The position numbers were made by a program, and so were the translations under genes. A stretch of DNA of 64,000 nucleotides from Candidatus Daviesbacteria bacterium (lineage in GTDB: Bacteria; Patescibacteriota; Microgenomatia; Daviesbacterales; UBA10151), in the NCBI GenBank assembly GCA_030648645.1, contig JAUSHL010000018.1, positions 2,225 to 66,224 of the forward strand, given 5' to 3'. A model generated the notes under the pieces. The model was not told the DNA's origin. It did no database searches and was given only the letters and a program-made list of their open reading frames with translations. Of the stretch, positions 46,478 to 55,093 are shown one piece after another; the stretch's first letter is position 1; the number at the start of each line of letters is the position of its first letter.

Positions 46478-47530
46478 TTGACTTATATGTCTAATTTTGT
46501 AGATTATCTCATTAAATATAATAAAGACTTAAAGCCAATTATTGACGCAACTTTTGATAAAGAACAAATAGCTGTTGGTAAAATTGTTCCTATGGCAGGA
46601 GATATGATTAATGATTATAAAAAGTTTTTATCAGGTGGTAAAAAATTAAGAGGTTGTGAAATCTTTTTAGGTTATCAAATGTTCGCAGGAATGAATAAAG
46701 AAGAAGGATTATTAGCGTCTTTAACGATTGAAATAATACATTCATTTTTATTAATGCATGATGATGTTATGGATCAGGATGATCTGCGTCGAGGAGAACC
46801 AACTATCCATAAAAAATATGCTAAGCATTTTGGCGATCATTATGGAGAATCAATGGCTATAACTCTAGGGGATGAGGGTATGTTTTGGGCATATAGAATA
46901 CTTAACTCACTTCATTTTTCCAGAGCAAATATGTCTAAAGCATCAGAATTTTTAAGCCAAGTTTTACTGGAAGTGGGTATTGGACAAGCCCTAGATATTA
47001 CCTATGAAGAGCAACATAAATTTAGTGAAGAGGCAGTTTTACAAATTCATCGTTATAAGACGGCAGAATATACTATATCTGGACCTCTATCTGTAGGTGC
47101 TATTTTGGCTGGTGCAGATGAAAAAAAATTAAAAGCTATTAAGGATTTTGGTATTCCAGTAGGTATTGCTTTTCAGATTCGTGATGATGAGTTAGGAATG
47201 TTTTCAACTGAAGAAGAATTAGGTAAACCAGTTGATTCTGATTTGAAGGAAGGAAAAGTTACACTGTTGATTGTTAAAGCTTTGGAATTTGCTTCAGTGG
47301 AAGATAAAAAATTTCTTCAATCTGCTCATGGTAATCAAAAACTAACTAAGGAAGAAGTTGAGAGAGTAAGAACTATTATAATAAATAGTGGCGCTTTTGC
47401 TTATTCTCAGAAAGCAGCAAGAGATTTGGTTGAAGAAGGGAAAAAATTTATTCCCGAGATTACTGATAACATAGTTTATCAAAAATTGTTAGTCCAGCTT
47501 GCTGACTTTGTTATCGAAAGACAATCTTAA
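46478..47530 (+). CDS. polyprenyl diphosphate synthase (GGPPS/FPPS-like)
   Basis: LMHDDVMDQDDLRRGEPT first Asp-rich motif; FQIRDDELG second. Confidence 0.8.
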   Translation: MTYMSNFVDYLIKYNKDLKPIIDATFDKEQIAVGKIVPMAGDMINDYKKFLSGGKKLRGCEIFLGYQMFAGMNKEEGLLASLTIEIIHSFLLMHDDVMDQDDLRRGEPTIHKKYAKHFGDHYGESMAITLGDEGMFWAYRILNSLHFSRANMSKASEFLSQVLLEVGIGQALDITYEEQHKFSEEAVLQIHRYKTAEYTISGPLSVGAILAGADEKKLKAIKDFGIPVGIAFQIRDDELGMFSTEEELGKPVDSDLKEGKVTLLIVKALEFASVEDKKFLQSAHGNQKLTKEEVERVRTIIINSGAFAYSQKAARDLVEEGKKFIPEITDNIVYQKLLVQLADFVIERQS

Positions 47531-48063
47531 ATATTAGGATATTTTTTTGTAATAACTTCTCTAAAAGCTAGTTTGGCTCGGTAAACTTTTCCTTCAGCAG
47601 AGCGCTCAGAAATATCAAAAGTTTCAGCAATTCCTTTAATTGTCATATCTTTCCAGTATCTTAAATACAAAAGATTTCTTTTTTCATCCGACAACAAATT
47701 CAAACAATCATGCACACAATTTCTGATTTCATCCAAACTGGCTTTTTCTTCCGGAGTTAAATTTTTGTCTTTAATATTTGCTATATCAATTAAAGCCGGA
47801 GCAATTAAGTGTGATTCATAATGAATTTGATCACGATAATAATCAGCAGCTTTGTTTAATGCAATCCGGCAAAGCCAAGTAAAGAATTTAGATTTTTGTT
47901 CAAAAGTATGAAAGCCTTTCCAAGCAGCTAAAAAAGTACTGGAAAAAACTTCTTCTGCCATAAATTGATTGCCACCGGTTTTTTTAATTAAAAATTTCAT
48001 CAGAGGAAGAGCATGTTTACGATAAAGTAATTCAAAAGAGCGTGGGGTTTTGGGGATATTCAT
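47527..48063 (-). CDS. ECF-type RNA polymerase sigma factor
   Basis: Region 2 (FTWLCRIALNKAADYYR) and region 4 (LRYWKDMTIKGIAETFDISE). Confidence 0.75.
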   Translation of the reverse strand: MNIPKTPRSFELLYRKHALPLMKFLIKKTGGNQFMAEEVFSSTFLAAWKGFHTFEQKSKFFTWLCRIALNKAADYYRDQIHYESHLIAPALIDIANIKDKNLTPEEKASLDEIRNCVHDCLNLLSDEKRNLLYLRYWKDMTIKGIAETFDISERSAEGKVYRAKLAFREVITKKYPNI

Positions 48064-48089
48064 AGACTAATAGTTATGATAACAAAAAT

Positions 48090-48172
48090 GTCATTGCGAA
48101 GCCACAAAGTGGCTGTGGCAATCTGCCAAAGTAGATTCTCACGTCCTCGCCACGGCGAGTCCTCAGAATGAC
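48090..48172. repeat. GTCATTGCGAAGCCACAAAGTGGCTGTGGCAATC ... GAGTCCTCAGAATGAC mini-repeat cluster
   Basis: Same family as 24584-24713. Confidence 0.75.
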
Positions 48173-48716
48173 AAAAAATGATATGAAAGCTTTTTTAAAA
48201 GAGATTAAATTTCCTTCAACTGAATATGCCTGTTTTCATAATTTAACTGAGGAAGTAAAAAAGGCTGTAAAAAAATCAAAAGTAGGGAATGGAATTGTAG
48301 TAGTAAATTCCAAGCACACTACTTTAACTATTGTAGTACAGGAAATTTCTGAACCAAATTTACTCAAAGATATGTTAAATCATGCTTTGCATCATGTTCC
48401 AACAGATAGTAGGGCCTGGGTTGCCAGAAAAAAAGATTTTAAACATCCCACAACTGATTATTCTCACAGGTGTCAGGATAATCCATTTTGTAATGAAATT
48501 GATGAGGATTATAACGCTCCCTCACACATTAGATCAATGCTTTATGGTCATCCTTCTGTTTTTATTCCCATTCAAAACGGCAAACCGGAACTGGGAAAAT
48601 ATCAGGAAATTGCAGCACTGGAATTTGATGGCAGAGATGGAACAGGTAAAAATGCCATCCGCCAAAGAACAGTCCAAATCTGGATTTATCCAATTGAGGA
48701 AGTTAAACTACTCTAG
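48168..48716 (+). CDS. YjbQ/UPF0047-family protein
   Basis: NSKHTTLTIVVQE and later conserved His segments. Confidence 0.55.
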   Translation: MTKNDMKAFLKEIKFPSTEYACFHNLTEEVKKAVKKSKVGNGIVVVNSKHTTLTIVVQEISEPNLLKDMLNHALHHVPTDSRAWVARKKDFKHPTTDYSHRCQDNPFCNEIDEDYNAPSHIRSMLYGHPSVFIPIQNGKPELGKYQEIAALEFDGRDGTGKNAIRQRTVQIWIYPIEEVKLL

Positions 48717-48756
48717 TAATTGAAAAGTCCTGGAAAAGGGGGTATTATTCAGGCAT

Positions 48757-48921
48757 ATGATTACACCACAAACCCAAATTAAATTGAATTTGCCTTTGTA
48801 TTTAAAAGAAAATCTTAAAAAACGAGCTGCAAAATTTGGCATAACTATGGCGGAGTATATAAGGCATCTAATTTTAAAAGATGTTGAGGATATGGATTCT
48901 CCTTGTGCCCCAAAAAAGTAA
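48757..48921 (+). CDS. small ribbon-helix-helix protein (54 aa; absent from the ORF track)
   Basis: Translated by hand: MITPQTQIKLNLPLYLKENLKKRAAKFGITMAEYIRHLILKDVEDMDSPCAPKK. Confidence 0.4.
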   Translation: MITPQTQIKLNLPLYLKENLKKRAAKFGITMAEYIRHLILKDVEDMDSPCAPKK

Positions 48922-48937
48922 TTGAGTCCTCTCTGAC

Positions 48938-48977
48938 TTTAACACAAAATCACGCTATGGCGACAAATTGTGTTAAA
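48938..48977. repeat. type A spaced inverted repeat, third copy (TTTAACACAAAATCACGCTATGGCGACAAATTGTGTTAAA)
   Basis: Between the RHH ORF and gene 49036. Confidence 0.65.
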
Positions 48978-49035
48978 TATATTTTTACTATGGATTAGAT
49001 TTCCCGTGGATTAGAGATTGTCGCAAGTATAAAGA

Positions 49036-49629
49036 TTGCTTTTCCTGTTTCTCTTTATTAGAATATACAAAATGACTGAAAATCAAAAATCACCTTATGA
49101 AAAGAATCCAGCAGAGATTTCTAATAAGTTGCGCATGGAATTGGACGAAATTCTTATACAGAATCTAAACTCCAAAAAAGAGTGTCTTTTAAGATGGCCT
49201 CAATTTTTAAACAGAGCTAGTTTTACAAAACAAAATATTGGCTACATGGCCAGTATATTTGGAGTGTTCGTTTTTGTTGCCAGTTCTAGTTTATCTACGG
49301 GTAGTGTGATAGCAGAAAGAGATATGGATTATCAGGCTAAATCTCAGGCGGAGACTAAATCTAATGAGATTTTTCTACTGAAACCAATTGATGAAATTTT
49401 AAGTGCTGAGGAATACAGAAATAATATGCAACTTCGTCGGGATAGAGAATCTTATATTCAGGAACTTTCTCAGCAGTATCTGAATACAGTGCGTCAAGAA
49501 AACAGCACTACTGCCAAAATTTATTATGGATTGGGATTTGCTGCGGGAGGAGTTATTGTGACAGTAATAGGAGCTTCCCTGCTTAGAAAAAAAGTAAATA
49601 CGGATGAAGAAAAGTATCAGTTTAGTTGA
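49036..49629 (+). CDS. hypothetical membrane-associated protein
   Basis: 197 aa; hydrophobic segments. Confidence 0.4.
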   Translation: MLFLFLFIRIYKMTENQKSPYEKNPAEISNKLRMELDEILIQNLNSKKECLLRWPQFLNRASFTKQNIGYMASIFGVFVFVASSSLSTGSVIAERDMDYQAKSQAETKSNEIFLLKPIDEILSAEEYRNNMQLRRDRESYIQELSQQYLNTVRQENSTTAKIYYGLGFAAGGVIVTVIGASLLRKKVNTDEEKYQFS

Positions 49630-51752
49630 TAAATTTCAGTGGGACCATCCTGGAAAATGATTTTACCTAAAGCATTAAATTTTTCTTCGTTTAATTTTGA
49701 ATATTTTTGGCGTTCGAGAGAACCAATAAAAACATATTGGACATTATATTTTTGCAAAAGTGTTTGAGTTAAATTTAGATCAGGGCTTTCATATAATATG
49801 GCAACATCAGTGCCTCTTTTGCCTGCTTCATCGAAGGAGCCTCGCCAGAGCCATTCATGGACCGGCCAGCCAATTACTGTTGGTAATCCTGTATTTGATG
49901 AAACTCGGGCAAAATCAGTGTAAGAATCACCCTGAGCTTCTAAAATTACCGGTTGTCCGGGAATATTTTCCCTAAGCCATAAAATGGCTTGATAGTCGGT
50001 AGGATATAAAGGAGAAAAGTAATTTAAACCATTCAAACTTTGATAATTTTTTAAATCTCCGTAATAAGATTTAATGGCAAAGTAGGGATAGATGGCTACT
50101 AGGAAGAATAAAGAGATAAGAATTAAGAAGAAAGGTAAAAATAGTTTTGAGTTTCGAGTTTCGAGTTTCGAGATTAATCTTGTAATCATGTAACTGGAAA
50201 CCAAACCTAAAATAATAAAAGCCTGATAGCCGAATTTAAAAACAGTGTTGGCGCGATAATGCGCCGGATAAATATCTTTAGCATAGAAAAATTCCGGAAT
50301 GATTAGCAATATGGTGGCAGCAAGAGCAAAGGTGAGAACCAGTAGATCTGTTGGTTCTAATTTTAAATTTTTAATTTTAAATTTTAAATCAATTTTAAAT
50401 TTTAAAATAAAAAAAATAAAACCTAAAATTACAAAGTAGAAAAAGCCCCAGAGAATTGCCAGCATCCAGATAGGGGATTTTTGACAATGATCTTTCTCAA
50501 ATAAAAACGGTCCGATTTTTCCAAAATCAGTTAAAAAAGATGGGGCGCATAAAACTCCGACACCTTGGGCAAATGGTATAAATGCCAGCCAAAATGGAAG
50601 GGAAAATAAAATAGCCCCTAGAGTAATCAGCAGAATTAAGAATAAAGAATCATGAATTATGGAAAAAGAAAATTTATTTGACTGGCTCCAGTTTTTGGCA
50701 AATAGGACTGCAAAAATAACTATGATATAAATTGGACCATCCAAGATATTGGTCATTAAAGAAACTGCTACCAGCAAGGAAACTAGAATTAAGAATAAAG
50801 AATTAAGCTTTTGTTGGAAAAACATAACAATTAATAAAGCAAGAAGGAGTAAAACAAAGGGGATATTAAAAACATGGCCATGTAAATCGGCCACCACAAA
50901 AGAATAAAGAGGAAATTCATGAATTGTAAAAGGAATAAAACGGGTGGCATTGGGATACCAATAACCAATAAAATTTAACATTGGCTGGAGAGTCCAAAAA
51001 GGTACAGGATTATCAGGAGAATAGTTTCGGAAAAAGGCATAAATTGTTTGTAAATTACCACCAAGAGTGACTAAGAAAGCACTCAAAGCTCCGGATATTA
51101 GCGTATAGCGTATAGCATGTAGTTTTTGGGTGGAGGATACGAAAAAATGGTATAAATTGGCACCGAGGGAAAAAGAAGCAGTTAAAGTTAAAGCAAACAG
51201 TGATGCCAGTGTTAAATTATAAGTAATTATAGAATCAATGCCGGAAATTTTTGTAAGCAGTGCAGATGCGAAATGACCAAAATAATAATAATTAATAGAA
51301 AGTGGAGTCATCCATAAATCCTTGGGCGGAAAATAATCAGTTCTTAAAATTGAATTTATAATTCCAAAATCCATAAATTTTTCTAAACCATGGATGGAGG
51401 GTTCGTGGGCACGAACAAAGGCCCAGAAAATGAATCCTACTAAAAATAAAATTTCTTCAAAAATAAAAATTTTATTCAACTTCAGTGACTTAATATGCTT
51501 AAGAAACTTAAGTTGCAGAAAAGCAAATATAATAAAAATTAAAATTATGGACCAAGTGGAAAAGGGGAGTATTTTAATACTGCCCAAAAACCAAACAGCA
51601 TATCCCAAAAGCAAAAGCCCCAAGATTTTAGAAAAAGCGTATCCTTTATCAAAAAAATTAGAAAATAAAGTTGTGGTAAAGGGTAAAAAACCAATGCCCA
51701 AAATAAACCAAATAAACCACCATTGCAAGATAAATATTAAGTCAGATATCAT
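49617..51752 (-). CDS. YYY-domain (DUF2298-like) polytopic membrane protein
   Basis: INYYYFGHFASAL motif; large GT-C-like membrane protein; contains heptamer and AT-tract repeat inserts. Confidence 0.55.
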   Translation of the reverse strand: MISDLIFILQWWFIWFILGIGFLPFTTTLFSNFFDKGYAFSKILGLLLLGYAVWFLGSIKILPFSTWSIILIFIIFAFLQLKFLKHIKSLKLNKIFIFEEILFLVGFIFWAFVRAHEPSIHGLEKFMDFGIINSILRTDYFPPKDLWMTPLSINYYYFGHFASALLTKISGIDSIITYNLTLASLFALTLTASFSLGANLYHFFVSSTQKLHAIRYTLISGALSAFLVTLGGNLQTIYAFFRNYSPDNPVPFWTLQPMLNFIGYWYPNATRFIPFTIHEFPLYSFVVADLHGHVFNIPFVLLLLALLIVMFFQQKLNSLFLILVSLLVAVSLMTNILDGPIYIIVIFAVLFAKNWSQSNKFSFSIIHDSLFLILLITLGAILFSLPFWLAFIPFAQGVGVLCAPSFLTDFGKIGPFLFEKDHCQKSPIWMLAILWGFFYFVILGFIFFILKFKIDLKFKIKNLKLEPTDLLVLTFALAATILLIIPEFFYAKDIYPAHYRANTVFKFGYQAFIILGLVSSYMITRLISKLETRNSKLFLPFFLILISLFFLVAIYPYFAIKSYYGDLKNYQSLNGLNYFSPLYPTDYQAILWLRENIPGQPVILEAQGDSYTDFARVSSNTGLPTVIGWPVHEWLWRGSFDEAGKRGTDVAILYESPDLNLTQTLLQKYNVQYVFIGSLERQKYSKLNEEKFNALGKIIFQDGPTEIYQLN
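50149..50172. repeat. (TTTCGAG)n heptanucleotide repeat, reverse complement of the polA repeat, inside the YYY gene
   Basis: Encodes KLETRNSKLF on the minus strand. Confidence 0.8.
50345..50410. repeat. phased A/T-tract repeat inside the YYY coding sequence
   Basis: Shares a ~30-nt core with 27240-27270. Confidence 0.7.
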
Positions 51753-52330
51753 TTGATGAATTCTATAATTTCAGCAAGATTGGTAACTGTATCAATTCCA
51801 TGAGTTTCACAATTTTTGCAACTTGGATTATACCAAAGCAATTTTGTTTTTAGATTTTTTGTTTGTAAGTATCGTAATAAATCCAGATCATCATCAATAA
51901 ATAAATCAAGATTTAATTTTTTTAAGATTTTTTCTTTAAATAAATGCGGTTGTTCGTTTGAAGTATTGAGAAAAATTTTGGCAAAGGGGGTCATTAAATC
52001 ATATTTATGCAGAAGTTTATAAGTTAATTTTTCCAAAAATTGATAACGACTGGAAATCAGATATAAATTTAGAGTAGGATTTAACAAAATCTGAGAAAGT
52101 ATTTTAATATTTTTTTTGATTGGAGGGCGGAGTGGAGAAATATGGCTTGTCCGGCGGACTAATTTTGATACCGGAGATTTAGGAATACTGTAAGCTAAAT
52201 CTTTTTGACAATGGTCTTTAAGAGAGAAAATCTCTCGCAAGCTTCGCTTATATAACCAGTCAATAAGTCTTGGGGGCACAAAAGGTGGAAAATCAATAAA
52301 AATTCTATCTAAATCAAAGCCTATCTTCAT
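51749..52330 (-). CDS. hypothetical protein (possibly HAD-like)
   Basis: FDLDRIFIDF and LFIDDDLD segments; weak. Confidence 0.3.
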   Translation of the reverse strand: MKIGFDLDRIFIDFPPFVPPRLIDWLYKRSLREIFSLKDHCQKDLAYSIPKSPVSKLVRRTSHISPLRPPIKKNIKILSQILLNPTLNLYLISSRYQFLEKLTYKLLHKYDLMTPFAKIFLNTSNEQPHLFKEKILKKLNLDLFIDDDLDLLRYLQTKNLKTKLLWYNPSCKNCETHGIDTVTNLAEIIEFIK

Positions 52331-53399
52331 ATTCTTTAAAAAGCTTTCCCCAAGGAGTTTTTAAGAATTTATTGACTCTTTCTTTGCCAAACATATTCCA
52401 CCAGTAAATATCATGATAGAAATTGGATGCAAAATAACTCCAAGGTACTATTGGTGATTGTAACAAAATTTTCTCAACCCATAAAGGGCTATGACGGTAA
52501 ATGAGCTTCTGGCCACGTGATGCCAGAGTATCTTTTCTCTTAAAATGCCAATTTATTTTGGAAATATCTGTGCCAAAGACTTTGATATTTTTAGGATTAG
52601 CTATACCTAAGCCCTGATTTTCAGCGATTCTTAGGTAATCTAAAGTCAGGGGATTAAAACCCATCATTTTGGCAGCTGTGGCATCTAAGGCGACTAAATC
52701 GGAAGAAGCCAGTAGAAAATCCTTAATTTCCCATTGCATGGCCCGGGGACCTGAGCCTTTTCCCACCACTGCTCCATCCATGATGCCAAAAATACCCGGA
52801 TGAATTTCTTTTTGAATTGATAAAAGATCAACCAATGTTTCATGAATATTTCTGTGAGCATAATGTCTGGTGGTTCGGAGCATACCAAAATAATTTTTCA
52901 TCCCTCCCGTGGTGGTGGTAAAAACATGCATTTTCATAGTCGGCAGATGAATAATATTTTTACCAATGATAATTTTGGGAAGAGATATTTTATGGAAAGT
53001 ATGACCCATGGCTAAAAGTGGTTTTTTGGGTTTATAATCCACATAAGGCTCATCAGTTAAAAAATGCATTTTCACTCCATATTTTTTTAAAATTGGTAGC
53101 CAAAGATTGTTTTGTGATCCTTTAATAACATCAGTTACCACAGTCCTATTTTCTACAGGGATAATATTTTTAGGAGAAATTCCATCTTCAATTAAAGTTT
53201 TTAAAACTCCTTCCAGTTGCCAAGGTGGAGTAGAACAGGCAGGATAAAATCTGGTCCAGGAAAGATTTATTTTAATAATAATGGGTTCTGATTTGTTAAA
53301 AGTTTTTAAATAATCTGCTTTATGTAAAAGTTTTTGATAATCAGAAAGAACTGTTTTAGATGAAGTTTTACTGATATAAACTGAGCTCATGGTTGCCAA
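52314..53399 (-). CDS. DUF362-like protein
   Basis: IIIKINLSW resembles the DUF362 N-terminal motif. Confidence 0.45.
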   Translation of the reverse strand: MATMSSVYISKTSSKTVLSDYQKLLHKADYLKTFNKSEPIIIKINLSWTRFYPACSTPPWQLEGVLKTLIEDGISPKNIIPVENRTVVTDVIKGSQNNLWLPILKKYGVKMHFLTDEPYVDYKPKKPLLAMGHTFHKISLPKIIIGKNIIHLPTMKMHVFTTTTGGMKNYFGMLRTTRHYAHRNIHETLVDLLSIQKEIHPGIFGIMDGAVVGKGSGPRAMQWEIKDFLLASSDLVALDATAAKMMGFNPLTLDYLRIAENQGLGIANPKNIKVFGTDISKINWHFKRKDTLASRGQKLIYRHSPLWVEKILLQSPIVPWSYFASNFYHDIYWWNMFGKERVNKFLKTPWGKLFKEYEDRL

Positions 53400-55093
53400 A
53401 GTATAACAGATGTTTTGGCAAAAATCATTATTTTAGGATGATCATAAACGGTGAATGATTCATCTGATGATGAATCATTAATTTTAAATTTAAAATTTAA
53501 AATTTTAAAACTGGGATAAACAGAAAACTCAGCAACTTTTTTAAAACCTAATTGTCCTGAAAAAAGTTTTTGATAATAATCTGCAGTTTTTGTATAGCAC
53601 CTATCTACTGGTAAATTTGGGCAATTAATCATTTTTTGTAAAGGAGTATAAAGTCTATTACTAGCAATAATAATGTAATCAGTGGTTTGTAATACCTGAT
53701 TTACTTTTTCCCATTTTAAAGGATCAAGATCGGAATCATACATTGGTAGATCAAGGAATTGATAATTTGATCTATTGGCAAGAGGTAGCCCGTCATCCCA
53801 ATGTTCTCTGGCAATCAAACTATTTGCCGGAATATTTTGATAAATCCATTCTGAAGCAGAAACTCTGGTATTGGGTTGAGAATAAATGGAAATAAAAGAT
53901 AAAGGCCATATCAATAGAAGAATAAAGAATAAAGAATAAAGAATTAAGAATAAAAGATGAGAAATTCTGGGTTTGATAAATAAAATAATTTGCCAAAATA
54001 GTATTGCTGCGAAAAGACAAAGGAGAGGATAGAGGGGGAGCATGTAGCGCATAAAACCAATAGCAAAATGACCAACAATTGCAAAATAAAGCCAAAAGAA
54101 AGAAGTAAGAATTAAGAATTTAGAATTAAGGATTGGGCGGAATGTTTTGAAAGTGAAAAATATAGTACCGATCAATGCTAGAGTTGCCAAAACCGGACCA
54201 AGTCCCCAGAAAAATATATTTTGGATTTCATATAAATAGGGAATTTTTCCGACATATTGCAAAGTATAAGGAAAAGTGAAAGCAGATTTAGTCATTGCCT
54301 GTTGGGTTAAAGTTTGTTGCCAGAAATTTTGAAAATCTAAAAAAGCAAATGGTTCAAAAATGAAAAAAGAAATTAAGGTAAAGATGGCCATGAAACTGCC
54401 GCAAAAAATTGATTTGTTTATGCTACCAAGCCTGGCTTGGGAGGCTAATATTAGTGTGAGTATAATTGGAACTATTAAAAGTATCGCACTGGCTTTAGTA
54501 GCCAATGCCAAACCAAAGGAAATAGAAGTAAGAATGAGGTATTTAGAATTATGTTTTTCAGTATAAAGAATCAGACAATAAAGCGTTAAAATAATAAAAA
54601 AAGTTAAAGGTGTGTCGACAGCGTAAAAATGAGAAAGTTGAATTGGTAAAACTGCTATAGCATAAAAAAATGCTGATAAAAGTCCAACATTTTTATCAAA
54701 TAATTTCTTTCCCAGAAAATACAAAATTATTAAAGTTCCCAAATCAAAAAGAGCAGATAAAAATCTACCGACTAAATTTATACTTTGGTAATTAGAAAAT
54801 TGGGAATCAAAAAGTCCTACAAAAATACCGAACGCTTTTAAAAGATAAATTGGAAAACTACCATAAGCAAAAAAATCCGGATTAGGATTTTCCAATGTAA
54901 TTTTATCAGCTACCATAGTAATCATTCTTTCATCAGGATGGAGATGAAAACCGCTATCCCAATTAAGGTTGTATAAACGAAGCAATGCTCCAAAAATAAT
55001 TATTAAAATTAATAGGACAGTTGTTTTATTTAACATTTTTTTGGAAAATTCTGATGACTGGATGATCAAAAACAGACCAGGTTTCCTCTGCAA
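53387..55093 (-). CDS. GT-C glycosyltransferase (family 39/83-like, PMT/ArnT type)
   Basis: Polytopic; DE motif in first loop (LHPDERMIT); paralog of 55026-56825. Confidence 0.6.
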   Translation of the reverse strand: MQRKPGLFLIIQSSEFSKKMLNKTTVLLILIIIFGALLRLYNLNWDSGFHLHPDERMITMVADKITLENPNPDFFAYGSFPIYLLKAFGIFVGLFDSQFSNYQSINLVGRFLSALFDLGTLIILYFLGKKLFDKNVGLLSAFFYAIAVLPIQLSHFYAVDTPLTFFIILTLYCLILYTEKHNSKYLILTSISFGLALATKASAILLIVPIILTLILASQARLGSINKSIFCGSFMAIFTLISFFIFEPFAFLDFQNFWQQTLTQQAMTKSAFTFPYTLQYVGKIPYLYEIQNIFFWGLGPVLATLALIGTIFFTFKTFRPILNSKFLILTSFFWLYFAIVGHFAIGFMRYMLPLYPLLCLFAAILFWQIILFIKPRISHLLFLILYSLFFILLLIWPLSFISIYSQPNTRVSASEWIYQNIPANSLIAREHWDDGLPLANRSNYQFLDLPMYDSDLDPLKWEKVNQVLQTTDYIIIASNRLYTPLQKMINCPNLPVDRCYTKTADYYQKLFSGQLGFKKVAEFSVYPSFKILNFKFKINDSSSDESFTVYDHPKIMIFAKTSVILWQP

